In this document: positions 9,576 to 19,234 of the stretch, piece after piece | Numbering within the stretch: position 1 is the first letter of the stretch | Layout: the number at the start of each line of letters is the position of its first letter | Virus record (IMG/VR): IMGVR_UViG_3300033388_002987 | Coordinates: 53,955 to 117,954 of that record | Strand: one strand, 5' to 3' | Length of the DNA stretch: 64,000 nt | From: a virus | Position numbers and translations under genes: made by a program | Notes under the pieces: generated by a model | Told to the model about the DNA's origin: nothing | The model's database searches: none | The model's input: only the letters and a program-made list of their open reading frames with translations

Positions 9576-10469
9576 ATGCAACACGGAGTAAGCTTCTTAG
9601 AAGTAGACAACTCAGCCATTCAGCAAGCAATTGCTGATAAGGCATCAAAAGACCACATAAGTTACCTTAAGCAATCAGTTGCGTTTAATGCAGTTTATGG
9701 GTTTCAATACCAAGAAGTCAGCTTCGCAGACTTATCTAATATCCTAGATCACGACTACGGGTTTACTCCTTTCAAATATCGCTCCGTAGAAGAAGGTGCT
9801 ATCTACAACGTAGAAAAGCATCCTGAAGCATGGGGACGAGTTCGTGGACGTGACAACGTTAATGACTCAGTCACATGGCTCTGCCTCGATATAGATGAGA
9901 CAACAATCACTGATGAAGAGCTTCACCAAATACTGGGTAAGCTTAACCATCATATAGCTCGTACGTCAGATAAAACAAACCCATACAAATACCGTGTACT
10001 CTTAGAACTGGACCGTCCAGTTCATATGACTCATCATACTTGGAAACCTTTCCTACACTCAATTGGAAACCATCTAGGACTAAAGATTGATACGTTAGGA
10101 CGCTCTCAATGCTTCTACGGCTATAAAGGACGTCAAGTCCACTCAGTTATAGATCAACTACCTTTAACCACATCTACCCACTTAGAAATGGCCCACATGA
10201 AGGTAGCTGAACTAGAAGAGAAACGTGCAACTGCTCTACCACCTGAAATGGTAGATGCAGCCCTCAAAAGGCCTTTCTCAACATTCGAGTTTGCATATAA
10301 CGCAACCTCCGGAGAAGGTACAACTAAACTACTAGCTGCAATCCACCTCGCCAAAGAGATGGGAGCTAGTGGAGATTACATTATGGACTTAGTCCATTCT
10401 ATAAACAACTTCTGGGATCATCCGATGCCAGAGCATAGACTACAATCAACTGTAATGACAGCAATATAA
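9576..10469 (+). CDS. AEP-type primase/primase-polymerase, C-terminal half of N4 gp43-like protein
   Basis: WLCLDIDE (DxD motif), RTSDK...KYRVLLEL, and a C-terminal helical PriCT-like region; AAGGAG RBS. Confidence 0.75.
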   Translation: MQHGVSFLEVDNSAIQQAIADKASKDHISYLKQSVAFNAVYGFQYQEVSFADLSNILDHDYGFTPFKYRSVEEGAIYNVEKHPEAWGRVRGRDNVNDSVTWLCLDIDETTITDEELHQILGKLNHHIARTSDKTNPYKYRVLLELDRPVHMTHHTWKPFLHSIGNHLGLKIDTLGRSQCFYGYKGRQVHSVIDQLPLTTSTHLEMAHMKVAELEEKRATALPPEMVDAALKRPFSTFEFAYNATSGEGTTKLLAAIHLAKEMGASGDYIMDLVHSINNFWDHPMPEHRLQSTVMTAI

Positions 10470-10479
10470 AGGAAATCTA

Positions 10480-10692
10480 ATGGAAGAACTAATACAACCC
10501 CAAATAGGAATGACCTTATATGGTTACTGCAACGGCTACTTCGGTAGAGATGGTTATGGTGACAAACGTATTGAGGTAGTTACCTTTGACTACATAGTAG
10601 TACGCACAGATAGCGACGTTGAAATACTATCTACTAAAGACTGGGATGGTAAAATATACAAATCTTGGACAATAGACGAGGCTTATGACTAA
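10480..10692 (+). CDS. hypothetical protein (70 aa)
   Basis: AAGGA RBS; packed ORF. Confidence 0.65.
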   Translation: MEELIQPQIGMTLYGYCNGYFGRDGYGDKRIEVVTFDYIVVRTDSDVEILSTKDWDGKIYKSWTIDEAYD

Positions 10693-10915
10693 CCTACCTA
10701 AAGTAGAGTATCTCTACGGTATCAACGTAAACACTAAAGTATGGGAAACAATGCATTACAAAGAAGTACTACTTCTTAAATGTAAACTAGCTCATAACCG
10801 TATAGGAGTTATTAATGAATCTCATTATATGATAAAAGATTCTCAGAACATTAATGAGTGTGTAACAGCTATCAAGTTTAACGAGAAACTACTACTAGAA
10901 CTAAAACGTAAATAA
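10685..10915 (+). CDS. hypothetical protein (76 aa)
   Basis: Overlapping ORF. Confidence 0.6.
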   Translation: MTNLPKVEYLYGINVNTKVWETMHYKEVLLLKCKLAHNRIGVINESHYMIKDSQNINECVTAIKFNEKLLLELKRK

Positions 10916-10924
10916 GGAGAATCA

Positions 10925-11122
10925 ATGGAAATAGGAACTAAAATAGAAGCAACAGCTAAGTCAAAGCACGTAGGCCAGACAGGCACTGTTGTAGCAGACT
11001 ACTTAAACATGTTAATGGTAAAAGCCGATGATGAATCTTACCCTCTCTCATTTAAAAACAAGATAGGTGATGGTAAGTACTTCCAAGTTGACAGCAGAGC
11101 TGTCAAAGTCTTAAAGGACTAA
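10925..11122 (+). CDS. hypothetical protein, SH3/KOW-like (65 aa)
   Basis: AAGGAG RBS; pattern EIGTKIE...HVGQTGTVV. Confidence 0.6.
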   Translation: MEIGTKIEATAKSKHVGQTGTVVADYLNMLMVKADDESYPLSFKNKIGDGKYFQVDSRAVKVLKD

Positions 11123-11123
11123 T

Positions 11124-11468
11124 ATGTCTGCTAAGCATTATTTATATCGTAACTTACATACAGGTACTTTCAGCCTTAAATTTAAAGGTAAGGTAATAGC
11201 ACATCCATCTATACTAATAATGCGAGATGTGTTATTCAAAGTAAGTGCCAAAGGAAGAGCAAGAGTATTAGCCTCTAAACGTAAGAATGTACATGCTACT
11301 GTAGCAGGTACTCCTTCGTTATTACCATATACCTACACGCAAGAAGAGGTTTATTACAACCCTTATAAAACAGCTACCTTTATAAATAAGGCAACAGGGA
11401 TACCTGTACTAAGTGCAGACTTAGTACTATGCCAAGATAACAAAATATATATCCTAAAGGAACAATAA
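11124..11468 (+). CDS. conserved phage hypothetical protein (YRNLH...RKNVHA)
   Basis: AAGGA RBS; motif pattern recognised from phage proteins. Confidence 0.65.
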   Translation: MSAKHYLYRNLHTGTFSLKFKGKVIAHPSILIMRDVLFKVSAKGRARVLASKRKNVHATVAGTPSLLPYTYTQEEVYYNPYKTATFINKATGIPVLSADLVLCQDNKIYILKEQ

Positions 11469-11719
11469 TGGTAAAACTAACAACACTTAAAATAAATCAA
11501 ACAATAGTACACGATCAAGGTGCATCAACATTCTTTAGTTATGACACTCCTATCTGTACTAGAAATGCAGATGGTTCAATTACACTATATACTGACTGGG
11601 CTTATAGCCCTACAACTAGTAAGTATCGTTCTCAGTTTCTTAATGGAGAAACTACAGCACAGACAAGAGCGAAGTTATTGGTGGGTACTTACACTCTAAG
11701 GAGACCTTATGAATCCTAA
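11468..11719 (+). CDS. conserved phage hypothetical protein (SYDTPIC...YSPTTSKY)
   Basis: TAATG-coupled, AAGGA RBS. Confidence 0.65.
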   Translation: MVKLTTLKINQTIVHDQGASTFFSYDTPICTRNADGSITLYTDWAYSPTTSKYRSQFLNGETTAQTRAKLLVGTYTLRRPYES

Positions 11720-11903
11720 ATACACAGATTTACTATTTGAGTTGTTTGACTCAATTGATGGTGTAGAGGATATGGAGGCAGAGGCTGCCCTAGTATCAGA
11801 CATTCTCGACGTAATAGTAAACTATACAGTAGACGAGATATCTGATGCACAGTTAATACACCCTTCAGATATACTTGATCTAGTAAAGGAACGTTATGCC
11901 TAA
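11709..11903 (+). CDS. small acidic hypothetical protein (64 aa)
   Basis: AAGGAG RBS; overlapping ORF. Confidence 0.6.
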   Translation: MNPKYTDLLFELFDSIDGVEDMEAEAALVSDILDVIVNYTVDEISDAQLIHPSDILDLVKERYA

Positions 11904-12540
11904 AATAAGTAAAACATCTAAGATGCAAATAACAGGTAAAAAGGTTGGCTCATGGAGCCTCCCAGCTGGCAACTCTTGCCCCGGTGCCAAAGGCGCCGAG
12001 GTCTGTGAAGGCTGCTACGCCAAAAAAGGTATGTACCGTTTTCCAGTAGTTAAGAACGTACGTGAGTACAACAAACAGGACTACCATAAGGACGACTGGG
12101 TCGACCGTATGGTTAGGGAAGTTAATAAGTTTGACTATTTCAGATGGTTTGATAGTGGGGATATTGAGACGCCTGAGCTAGCTAGAAAAATAACTAAAGT
12201 AGTTGTACTAACTAAAAAGGTAAAACATTGGATACCCACCAGATCTGATAAACTAAATAAAATAGAAGGGGCTTATAGAGAAGCTCCTGCTAATTCTTTA
12301 TTTGGATTACATATGCAATTTAATGCAGTAGTACGCCCTTCAGCCGATTTCATCGGCCTCAACAACAACGAACGCCCTGGTGTAAACTCATTCGTCATCA
12401 ACAATACTACAGCCGATTTATTTGAAGCCAAGAAACAAGGCATCTACGTATGTCCTGTAGGAATAAGTCCTAATCAGAAATCTTGTGATACTTGTACTAA
12501 GTGTTATACTGATGAAAAGGTTGCTTATGTCCTCCATTAA
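11896..12540 (+). CDS. GP88-family protein (Cys-rich, possibly Fe-S/radical-SAM-like)
   Basis: WSLPAGNSCPGA...CEGCYA, FRWFDSGD and C-terminal CPV...CDTCTKC. Confidence 0.7.
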   Translation: MPKISKTSKMQITGKKVGSWSLPAGNSCPGAKGAEVCEGCYAKKGMYRFPVVKNVREYNKQDYHKDDWVDRMVREVNKFDYFRWFDSGDIETPELARKITKVVVLTKKVKHWIPTRSDKLNKIEGAYREAPANSLFGLHMQFNAVVRPSADFIGLNNNERPGVNSFVINNTTADLFEAKKQGIYVCPVGISPNQKSCDTCTKCYTDEKVAYVLH

Positions 12541-12958
12541 GGATGAGTTTATTCATATAGTAATACCATGTTATTACACTCAACGCTTTAAAACTAAAGC
12601 AGATAAAACCTTCTTAGTTGGCCAAAATTGGTACAGAAACGCACATCACTTCATTAAAAATGAAGTTAAAACGTGGTTTACTGACGACATCTTAGCTCAG
12701 TTAAAAGCTATGAATGCCCAGCCAATTAAAGGTAAGTATGAAGTAGCCTTTGAGTATTACTACAAAAATCCCTCTTCAGACTTAATGAATGTATGTGGGC
12801 TTGCCAGTAAACACGCAAACGATGCATTCGAGAAGTACGGTTTAATAGAAAACGATAACGTTAAACATTGTGTACGTGAATGTGCACATGTTGCAGAGCA
12901 AGATAAAGAAAACCCTCGCGTAGAAATCTACGTGAGAGCAGTAAAGGAAACAGAATGA
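12527..12958 (+). CDS. RusA-like Holliday junction resolvase
   Basis: DLMN...KHANDAF...GLIENDN pattern and C-terminal NPRVEI; ATG at 12527 preferred. Confidence 0.7.
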   Translation: MSSIKDEFIHIVIPCYYTQRFKTKADKTFLVGQNWYRNAHHFIKNEVKTWFTDDILAQLKAMNAQPIKGKYEVAFEYYYKNPSSDLMNVCGLASKHANDAFEKYGLIENDNVKHCVRECAHVAEQDKENPRVEIYVRAVKETE

Positions 12959-13217
12959 TAAACCTAGAAGCAATCCAGGAATGGATTAAAAGCATTGGTT
13001 ACAAAATAGAAGTAACCTTATATAGCATCTTTCAAGATGATGGGAGAAGGTAGCCTGTTAAATAAATAACAGGAGAGACTTTACAAATACAGCCACAACT
13101 TGTGTGTATAGTGCGATATTAAGGTATTACTAAATATGATACGTGACAATGCTAACAAGAAGAATAGCTCATACAAAGGCTGGACTTTAGAACACACTTT
13201 TAATAATAGGAGACAAA

Positions 13218-14024
13218 ATGGCAATAGCTGATTACTATGATGGACTGGACCAACTTCCAGAGGGAGCTTTTAAGATAAGCCCATCAGGTGTAGATAAATT
13301 TTTCTCAGACAAGACTACTTGGTACAGAGAAAATCTACTAGGTGAGGATAAGAAATTTACTGGTTCAACTAGTACTGTACTTGGGACAATTTGTCATCAT
13401 TGTGCAGAAGTAGTTGCAAATAGTATTATGGCTAATAAGCCCCATGATTCAGAGCAATTAAATAAAGATGTGGAAGAGTACTTACAACCTTACGACGGTA
13501 ACGAAGACTACGATACTCAGAAAATAAGGGATCTCTGGCGTAACATGTCAGAGCCTCTTATAAAAGAGTACGTACTTAACGCTAATACAATAGCAACAGA
13601 AGACTATATCTCTCATGAACTACTTCCAGACATCTGGGTAGGTGGCACATATGATGCTATCACATCTACTGTTCCTAACGATGACTTACACAACCCTGTT
13701 GGGCAACTAACTGTACGTGACTACAAGACAGCTTCTAGTAAGCCATCGTCATTCTCGTATGCCTACAAGCTCCAAGCCTTTACTTACGCATACATCTTAC
13801 ACCAAAAGGGTATTAAGGTCTCTCAAGTAGAGCTGTGCTACTCTGTACAGCCTACTAAGACTTTACCAGTACGTAACTTTAATTTTACTGTACCGTTTGA
13901 TAATCAGGCTTACAAATTCATTGAAGGTATTTTGTACCTAATAGCTGACTCAGTGCAATGCTTTAAGGCAATGCCTGAGTGGAGATACTTATTAGCGTGT
14001 GATTATCGTTTAAAGGTTACATAA
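13218..14024 (+). CDS. PD-(D/E)XK (Cas4/RecB-like) exonuclease
   Basis: ISPSG, GTICH, GGTYDA, VRDYKT and QAFTY motifs; AGGAG RBS. Confidence 0.85.
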   Translation: MAIADYYDGLDQLPEGAFKISPSGVDKFFSDKTTWYRENLLGEDKKFTGSTSTVLGTICHHCAEVVANSIMANKPHDSEQLNKDVEEYLQPYDGNEDYDTQKIRDLWRNMSEPLIKEYVLNANTIATEDYISHELLPDIWVGGTYDAITSTVPNDDLHNPVGQLTVRDYKTASSKPSSFSYAYKLQAFTYAYILHQKGIKVSQVELCYSVQPTKTLPVRNFNFTVPFDNQAYKFIEGILYLIADSVQCFKAMPEWRYLLACDYRLKVT

Positions 14025-14185
14025 TGTGCCTTTGTGGATGTAAAACTGCAACAATAGCTAGGTTAGTTAATACATCTACAGAAACATTTGTAGCCTCATA
14101 CAGATGTAGTAATTGTGGTACAGTGATGCAAACATACGCTGGTTTCCATGGGACACTTAAACCAATGACCACGACGAAGTCTTAA
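14024..14185 (+). CDS. small Zn-ribbon protein (53 aa, MCLCGC...CSNCG), not in ORF track
   Basis: TAATG coupling, AAGG RBS, two Cys clusters. Confidence 0.55.
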   Translation: MCLCGCKTATIARLVNTSTETFVASYRCSNCGTVMQTYAGFHGTLKPMTTTKS

Positions 14186-14231
14186 AACTCATTCAAATCA
14201 AACGCGGATAGTTCCCGCATAAGGAGCCAAT

Positions 14232-14894
14232 ATGGCAATAAAATTATTAATCAGTGGTTTTGAAAACACTGGTAAATCAACAACAGCATCTAAGATTGAT
14301 AATGCTATGGTTGTGAACTTTGATAGAAAAGAGTATGGCTTCGCTGTACCTCATATGAATATCACAAACTACGATGGTATCGATGGCCTTATAAGCACAA
14401 TTAACGAAAAGCTAGGGGTATACCAAGAAAAAGTAGGTAAACTTCCAGAAACAGTTGTCTTAGACACTGTTACACAGTTCTACACAGCTATGCAGTCCTA
14501 CAACGCTAACGCGTTTAAAGGCTTTGACATCCACTCTGCAAACGGTAAAGACACTGCTAGCCTAAACGCATACGTTGAAGACGTACTAATTGCAAACGGT
14601 GTCAACGTAGTAATCGTAGCTCACACTACTTTCGACTCTGAAACAGCTCGTCACATAATCCCGGCAAGTGGTCAATTCGGAAAATCAGGTAGTTGGTTAA
14701 GTGTAGTGAACGAGGCTGTCTTTATTGAGAAGAAGTCTGGTAAATTCATAATTCACCAACGCTCTATGAAGTTCCCTTGTCGCACAACTCTACCAGATCT
14801 TGAAGATTTAATAGATAGTGACAAGTACGATATCAACGAGCATATAGCTAAACTAACAGCTTCAAAAGTTGAAGCACAAGAGTTTATACTTTAA
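14232..14894 (+). CDS. AAA_24/Sak4-like ATPase (N4 gp44-like)
   Basis: Walker A SGFENTGKST, VVLDTVT, VIVAHT; AAGGAG RBS; adjacent to SSB. Confidence 0.8.
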   Translation: MAIKLLISGFENTGKSTTASKIDNAMVVNFDRKEYGFAVPHMNITNYDGIDGLISTINEKLGVYQEKVGKLPETVVLDTVTQFYTAMQSYNANAFKGFDIHSANGKDTASLNAYVEDVLIANGVNVVIVAHTTFDSETARHIIPASGQFGKSGSWLSVVNEAVFIEKKSGKFIIHQRSMKFPCRTTLPDLEDLIDSDKYDINEHIAKLTASKVEAQEFIL

Positions 14895-14930
14895 CAGTAT
14901 ATAACAAAATAAAACAACAAAGGATTAACA

Positions 14931-15602
14931 TTGGCATTTTTAATTGTTAAAGAAGAAAGCGTAAAACAAGAAGGCGGAAGCGGATACATCAACAAATCAG
15001 GTATCTTCGACTTAACACTAAAACATTGTGAGATTTCAAACACTAAAAATGGGGCAGTTCAAGCAAACTACTTCTTCGATAAGTGTATGTCTTACGGTAA
15101 CAACATCATTGGTACACAAGGGCAACCAACATTTGGTTACAAAATCCTAGAGGCACTAGCCGCAGTAATCGGTGAAGAAGAACTTTCAGATCCAGAGCCA
15201 ACTACAGTAACATTTAAAAAGGGTGCTAAAGAGTTATCTTGTATCCCTGAATTAAATGACATTGCTATCAAAGCATGGATCCAAGTATCTTACCGCATGT
15301 ACCAAGGTGAAATTCAAGAGAACGTTTCAGTAAGACGTTTCTACCGTGCAACTGATGGTGCTTCTGGTTCAGAAGTACAATCAGGTGAAAACATCGGAGA
15401 GCGTATTGCTAAAGATGCTGACTTTGCTACTGAAATCAAGTACGAAGACGGTGTAACTGAAGAAGCAGTTGCTATCTGGAAAAAAGCTCAGCAAGGTGGT
15501 GGCAGTGCTAAACCTACTACTGGTGGGTTTTCAGGAGCTGCTAATAAACCAAGTGGTTTCCCTACGAGTGCGTCAGCAAAGTCTGGATTTCCCGGGCAAT
15601 AA
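14931..15602 (+). CDS. single-stranded DNA-binding protein (N4 gp45-like position)
   Basis: TTG start with AAGGA RBS; follows the Sak4-like ATPase; flexible Gly/Ser/Phe-rich C-terminal tail. Confidence 0.65.
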   Translation: MAFLIVKEESVKQEGGSGYINKSGIFDLTLKHCEISNTKNGAVQANYFFDKCMSYGNNIIGTQGQPTFGYKILEALAAVIGEEELSDPEPTTVTFKKGAKELSCIPELNDIAIKAWIQVSYRMYQGEIQENVSVRRFYRATDGASGSEVQSGENIGERIAKDADFATEIKYEDGVTEEAVAIWKKAQQGGGSAKPTTGGFSGAANKPSGFPTSASAKSGFPGQ

Positions 15603-15662
15603 TTCCCAGGTTCTATTAAGGTTAATGTAGTTATACTATTACTAGTGAATTAAAGGAACCTT

Positions 15663-16310
15663 ATGAAAACATGTACAAAGTGTAATACATTAAAAGCTCT
15701 TGATGAGTATAATAACTCATCTAAAGCTAAAGATGGTAAGAAGTCTAGTTGCAGAGAGTGTGCAAAGCTATCCGAGAAATTACGTAAGCTTGCTTATGAA
15801 GTGGCTGGTAGGCCTACTACAGCTTTAAGTGGTACAAAGGTATGCACTAACTGTATGGTAGATAAGCCATACACTGAATATTACAGACGTGGAGATGCCT
15901 CTGGTAACTACAAGTCTCAATGTAAAGTATGTGTACGTCCTATACTAAATCAGTATAAACGAAATAACCCTGCAAAACGTCAAGCTCTGAAAGTAAAACG
16001 TACTGCAGCTTTAATGAATCGTACACCAAAATGGCTTACTGCAGATGATTACTGGCTAATGGAGCAAGCATATGAACATGCTATAACACAGTCTGAAAAG
16101 CATGGGATTAAGTTTCATGTAGACCATATTATACCTCTTAATGGTAAGTATGTTAGTGGGCTGCACTGTCCAGACAACTTGCAGGTAATACCATACTACG
16201 AAAACCTTAGTAAATCTAATAAGTTTACTAACGATGGTATTCTACTGTTTATTGAATCACTCACATCTACTCAATTAGCATTAGCTGAAGAAGCTAACAT
16301 TACATTATAA
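15663..16310 (+). CDS. HNH homing endonuclease with two N-terminal CxxC zinc-finger modules
   Basis: FHVDHIIPL...GLHCPDNLQVI...NLSKSN; repeated CTKC/CREC and CTNC/CKVC. Confidence 0.88.
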   Translation: MKTCTKCNTLKALDEYNNSSKAKDGKKSSCRECAKLSEKLRKLAYEVAGRPTTALSGTKVCTNCMVDKPYTEYYRRGDASGNYKSQCKVCVRPILNQYKRNNPAKRQALKVKRTAALMNRTPKWLTADDYWLMEQAYEHAITQSEKHGIKFHVDHIIPLNGKYVSGLHCPDNLQVIPYYENLSKSNKFTNDGILLFIESLTSTQLALAEEANITL

Positions 16311-16508
16311 CAACTGGCATAGAGAACTACACCTTACTTATTAAGACCAGTAATCTCTTTACCTGAGACTAAATGAGTATCTAGGATGACAGCCTGGACG
16401 TTTCCTAACAAACTACAGACAGGCACTCACAAACGATAAGCCTCTGCTCAGACGCACTATGCAGCTGAATTACGCTTGTCTTTTCAATTAAAACAACAAA
16501 GGATTCCA

Positions 16509-16682
16509 ATGAATGAATTAAATACAATAAACGACTTACTAGTAGCAGCATCTAATCAGATAGCAGCATATAATGAAAAGCCAACTAAGGCTGAATCAGG
16601 ACGTATTAGAAAAACTCTTGGTGAAATTAAAAAACAAGTAACAGGTGTTCGCGCTGCTTTAGTAGCTGCGGACAAAGTATAA
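16509..16682 (+). CDS. histone H1-like (Hc1-family) small DNA-binding protein
   Basis: ATG at 16509 with AAGGA RBS; EKPTKAESGRIRKTLGEIKK resembles the Hc1-family KGNKAAGTRARK motif. Confidence 0.55.
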   Translation: MNELNTINDLLVAASNQIAAYNEKPTKAESGRIRKTLGEIKKQVTGVRAALVAADKV

Positions 16683-16834
16683 TGGAAGTAAAAGAATACT
16701 TTAACGGCGGAGCTCGCTTCATAGGAGGAGTACCATTATTTCTATTAATGGTACTAGATGGCAACTCTGGTATAGACTTACTAGATGCAACAATTAACTG
16801 GGTAACTTCACTGGCAACAGTAATCCCACAGTAA
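16682..16834 (+). CDS. small hydrophobic protein (50 aa), not in ORF track
   Basis: TAATG coupling; MEVKEYFNGGARFIGGVPLFLLMVL... Confidence 0.5.
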   Translation: MEVKEYFNGGARFIGGVPLFLLMVLDGNSGIDLLDATINWVTSLATVIPQ

Positions 16835-16844
16835 AGGAATAACA

Positions 16845-17069
16845 ATGTATAAAGGAATGTCACTACCACAAATGGTTAAAGGTAAGTTAGTTACTTTTGA
16901 ATTTTATCGCAAACAAGAACTTTGGTATGTCACTGACGATGGGTTTAAATTCCCAGTGCCTATAGATGACACAGGGGATGGTACATTCCTTGCATCAGAT
17001 AAAGCTACCTTATTTATGAGATATATACGTAAACAATTAGAGGAAATCTCTAACGAAACTAAGGAGTAA
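16845..17069 (+). CDS. conserved phage hypothetical protein (FPVPIDDTGDGTF...LFMRYIRK)
   Basis: AAGGA RBS; recognisable conserved phage motif. Confidence 0.7.
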   Translation: MYKGMSLPQMVKGKLVTFEFYRKQELWYVTDDGFKFPVPIDDTGDGTFLASDKATLFMRYIRKQLEEISNETKE

Positions 17070-17071
17070 CA

Positions 17072-19234
17072 ATGGTAGAACTCGTAGACAATAGGCAACA
17101 CCTCATCATTAAACGTAATGGTGAAGCCGTTCCGTATGACTATATGAAAATGTATAATGTGTTATTATGGGCCTGCGAGGATAACACTACCCTTGCAGAC
17201 TCCCTAACAGATGCACTTAACATAAAAATCTATAATAGGATGCCAATATCCGTACTAGTAGACGAAGTAATTGATACAGTATCAAATATGACATCTATGA
17301 TTACACCTCAATATGACGACGTAGCTAAACGCCTTTACCTCCAAAAGATGTATAAGGAAATGTATAACATGCGACGTTGTCAGTACCCAAAGTACACTGA
17401 CGTAATTGACAGCCTTATAGATAATAATAAAATAATTGATATAACATCAATACTATCCGAAGATGAGTTAACACGTCTAGGCGATGCCATAGTCCCTGAA
17501 AGGGACTTAGCATCTACTTACCTAGGCCTTAATTTATTCTTTGACAAGTACAGCTTTAAGTTCAATGGACTACCTGTAGAACTTCTACAACACGGATTCA
17601 TGAGACTTGCAATCCAAGGCTTCTTATACGAAGATGAGGCAGAACGCGTAGACCTAATAATTCAACGCTACAACGACTTATCAACATTCGTCTACACAGA
17701 AGCAACTCCAAAATGGCTTAATAGCTTAACATCTGACGCCCAGATGGCATCTTGCTGCTTACACCAAATGCCTGACAATTCTGAAGGTATTAACAAAGTA
17801 GTAGCTGATATTGGGCAATACTCTCGCCACGGTGGTGGCAACGCAGTTGACGTCAGTACACTTAGAGCTAAAGGCTCTGCAATAGGAATAGCTGGTAAGT
17901 CCTCAGGACCAATACCTTTTATCCAAAAAGTAGAGGCTTCAATTACAGCTTATAACCAACTAGGTGCTAGACCAGGAGCATGTGTAGCAACATTTCAATG
18001 GTGGCATGCAGACGTACTTGAGCTCCTTGAGCTCAAGGACGAAGGTGGTAACGAATCTAAACGTGCTCGTAAACTTCAATACTCAATTAAACTTAACCGC
18101 ATTTTTCTCCGTAGGCTACAACAAGGTGAAGACATTACCCTGTTCGACCCTAAAGTAGCTGTCAAACTACTTACCTTATATGGAGTAGAATTTGATGAAG
18201 AATACGAACGCCTTGAAAAAGATGGTTATGGTACAACAGTAATCACAGCCGCGGAGCTTGGCTATATTATTGCTAAAATACGTGCTGAGACTGGAAACCT
18301 TTATATCTTCTTTGATGAGAACTCTAACGAGCAATCTCCATTTAAAGAAAAGATTAACCAATCAAACTTGTGTCAAGAAATACACCTCCCTACGGTCGCT
18401 GCAGAGCACCTAGGGGACGAACTAACTCTTAACTTGAGTACTCAGTCCTATGAGACTACAACGCGCTCTAAAGCAGGTCTACTAGCTCTGTGTAACTTAT
18501 CTAGTATCAATGTATCCAAATGGGCTAACATGAACTCAGATGAGCGTCATACCTCAGCTTATAACTTGCTTCGCGCAAGTGATAACCTCATAGACTGGCA
18601 ATACTACCCTGTAAAAGATGGTGAGATGTTTAATCGTAACTACCGTGCAATAGGCATAGGCCAAAACAACTTGGCTTACCACTTTGCTAGTCAAGGCATT
18701 AAGTACTCTGACCCTGAAGCATTATCGGAAATGGACTTAATTAGTTCATCTATGAAAAATGTATTCACTGAAGAATCAGCTAAGCTTGCAGGAGAACGTG
18801 GAAATTTCCCGTTCTTTCACAAGACTAACCTCACTAAGCCTTCTCGCTTTAGTACATTATTTGCAATTGCACCAACTGCTACTTCTAGTATTATTATTGG
18901 AGCAACTGAAGGTATAGAGCCTGTAGCTAATTTAATTAGCGAGAAAACAGGTACTTACTCTAACAAGCAATTAGCACCAGATTTAGTAAACTTACGTGGT
19001 GAATACGAACTAGCGTTTGATGTCCCAACTAAAGCTTTATATGATCTAGCCGCTATACGTCAAGAAGTATTACTAGACCAGGGTCAATCAATCAATACTT
19101 ATGTAACAACCACTGATAGTGCTTATGAAGTACTATCAGACATTATATATGCTGAAAAAGTTGGCCTGAAATCCCTGTACTACCTTCAATCCAAAAACTC
19201 TGAAGTGGAGGTTTGTGAATCATGTGCGAGTTAG
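17072..19234 (+). CDS. nrdA: class Ia ribonucleotide reductase alpha subunit with ATP cone
   Basis: IIKRNG ATP cone, SCCL, QSNLCQEI, LCNLSSIN, APTATSS, GLKSLYY, C-terminal CESC. Confidence 0.96.
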   Translation: MVELVDNRQHLIIKRNGEAVPYDYMKMYNVLLWACEDNTTLADSLTDALNIKIYNRMPISVLVDEVIDTVSNMTSMITPQYDDVAKRLYLQKMYKEMYNMRRCQYPKYTDVIDSLIDNNKIIDITSILSEDELTRLGDAIVPERDLASTYLGLNLFFDKYSFKFNGLPVELLQHGFMRLAIQGFLYEDEAERVDLIIQRYNDLSTFVYTEATPKWLNSLTSDAQMASCCLHQMPDNSEGINKVVADIGQYSRHGGGNAVDVSTLRAKGSAIGIAGKSSGPIPFIQKVEASITAYNQLGARPGACVATFQWWHADVLELLELKDEGGNESKRARKLQYSIKLNRIFLRRLQQGEDITLFDPKVAVKLLTLYGVEFDEEYERLEKDGYGTTVITAAELGYIIAKIRAETGNLYIFFDENSNEQSPFKEKINQSNLCQEIHLPTVAAEHLGDELTLNLSTQSYETTTRSKAGLLALCNLSSINVSKWANMNSDERHTSAYNLLRASDNLIDWQYYPVKDGEMFNRNYRAIGIGQNNLAYHFASQGIKYSDPEALSEMDLISSSMKNVFTEESAKLAGERGNFPFFHKTNLTKPSRFSTLFAIAPTATSSIIIGATEGIEPVANLISEKTGTYSNKQLAPDLVNLRGEYELAFDVPTKALYDLAAIRQEVLLDQGQSINTYVTTTDSAYEVLSDIIYAEKVGLKSLYYLQSKNSEVEVCESCAS

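Noticed and set aside
12955-13217. 32-codon ORF plus fragments ITGETL... and ...SSYKGWTL resembling NUMOD repeats of a decayed homing endonuclease
   Set aside because: The fragments are in different frames, very short and have no catalytic motif; not supportable as a pseudogene without an alignment
16400-16500. tmRNA-like appearance (ACAAACGATAAG resembling a tag start)
   Set aside because: No tRNA-like ends (GGGG 5', TTCGA...CCA 3'), and the reading frame does not end in an ssrA-type tag
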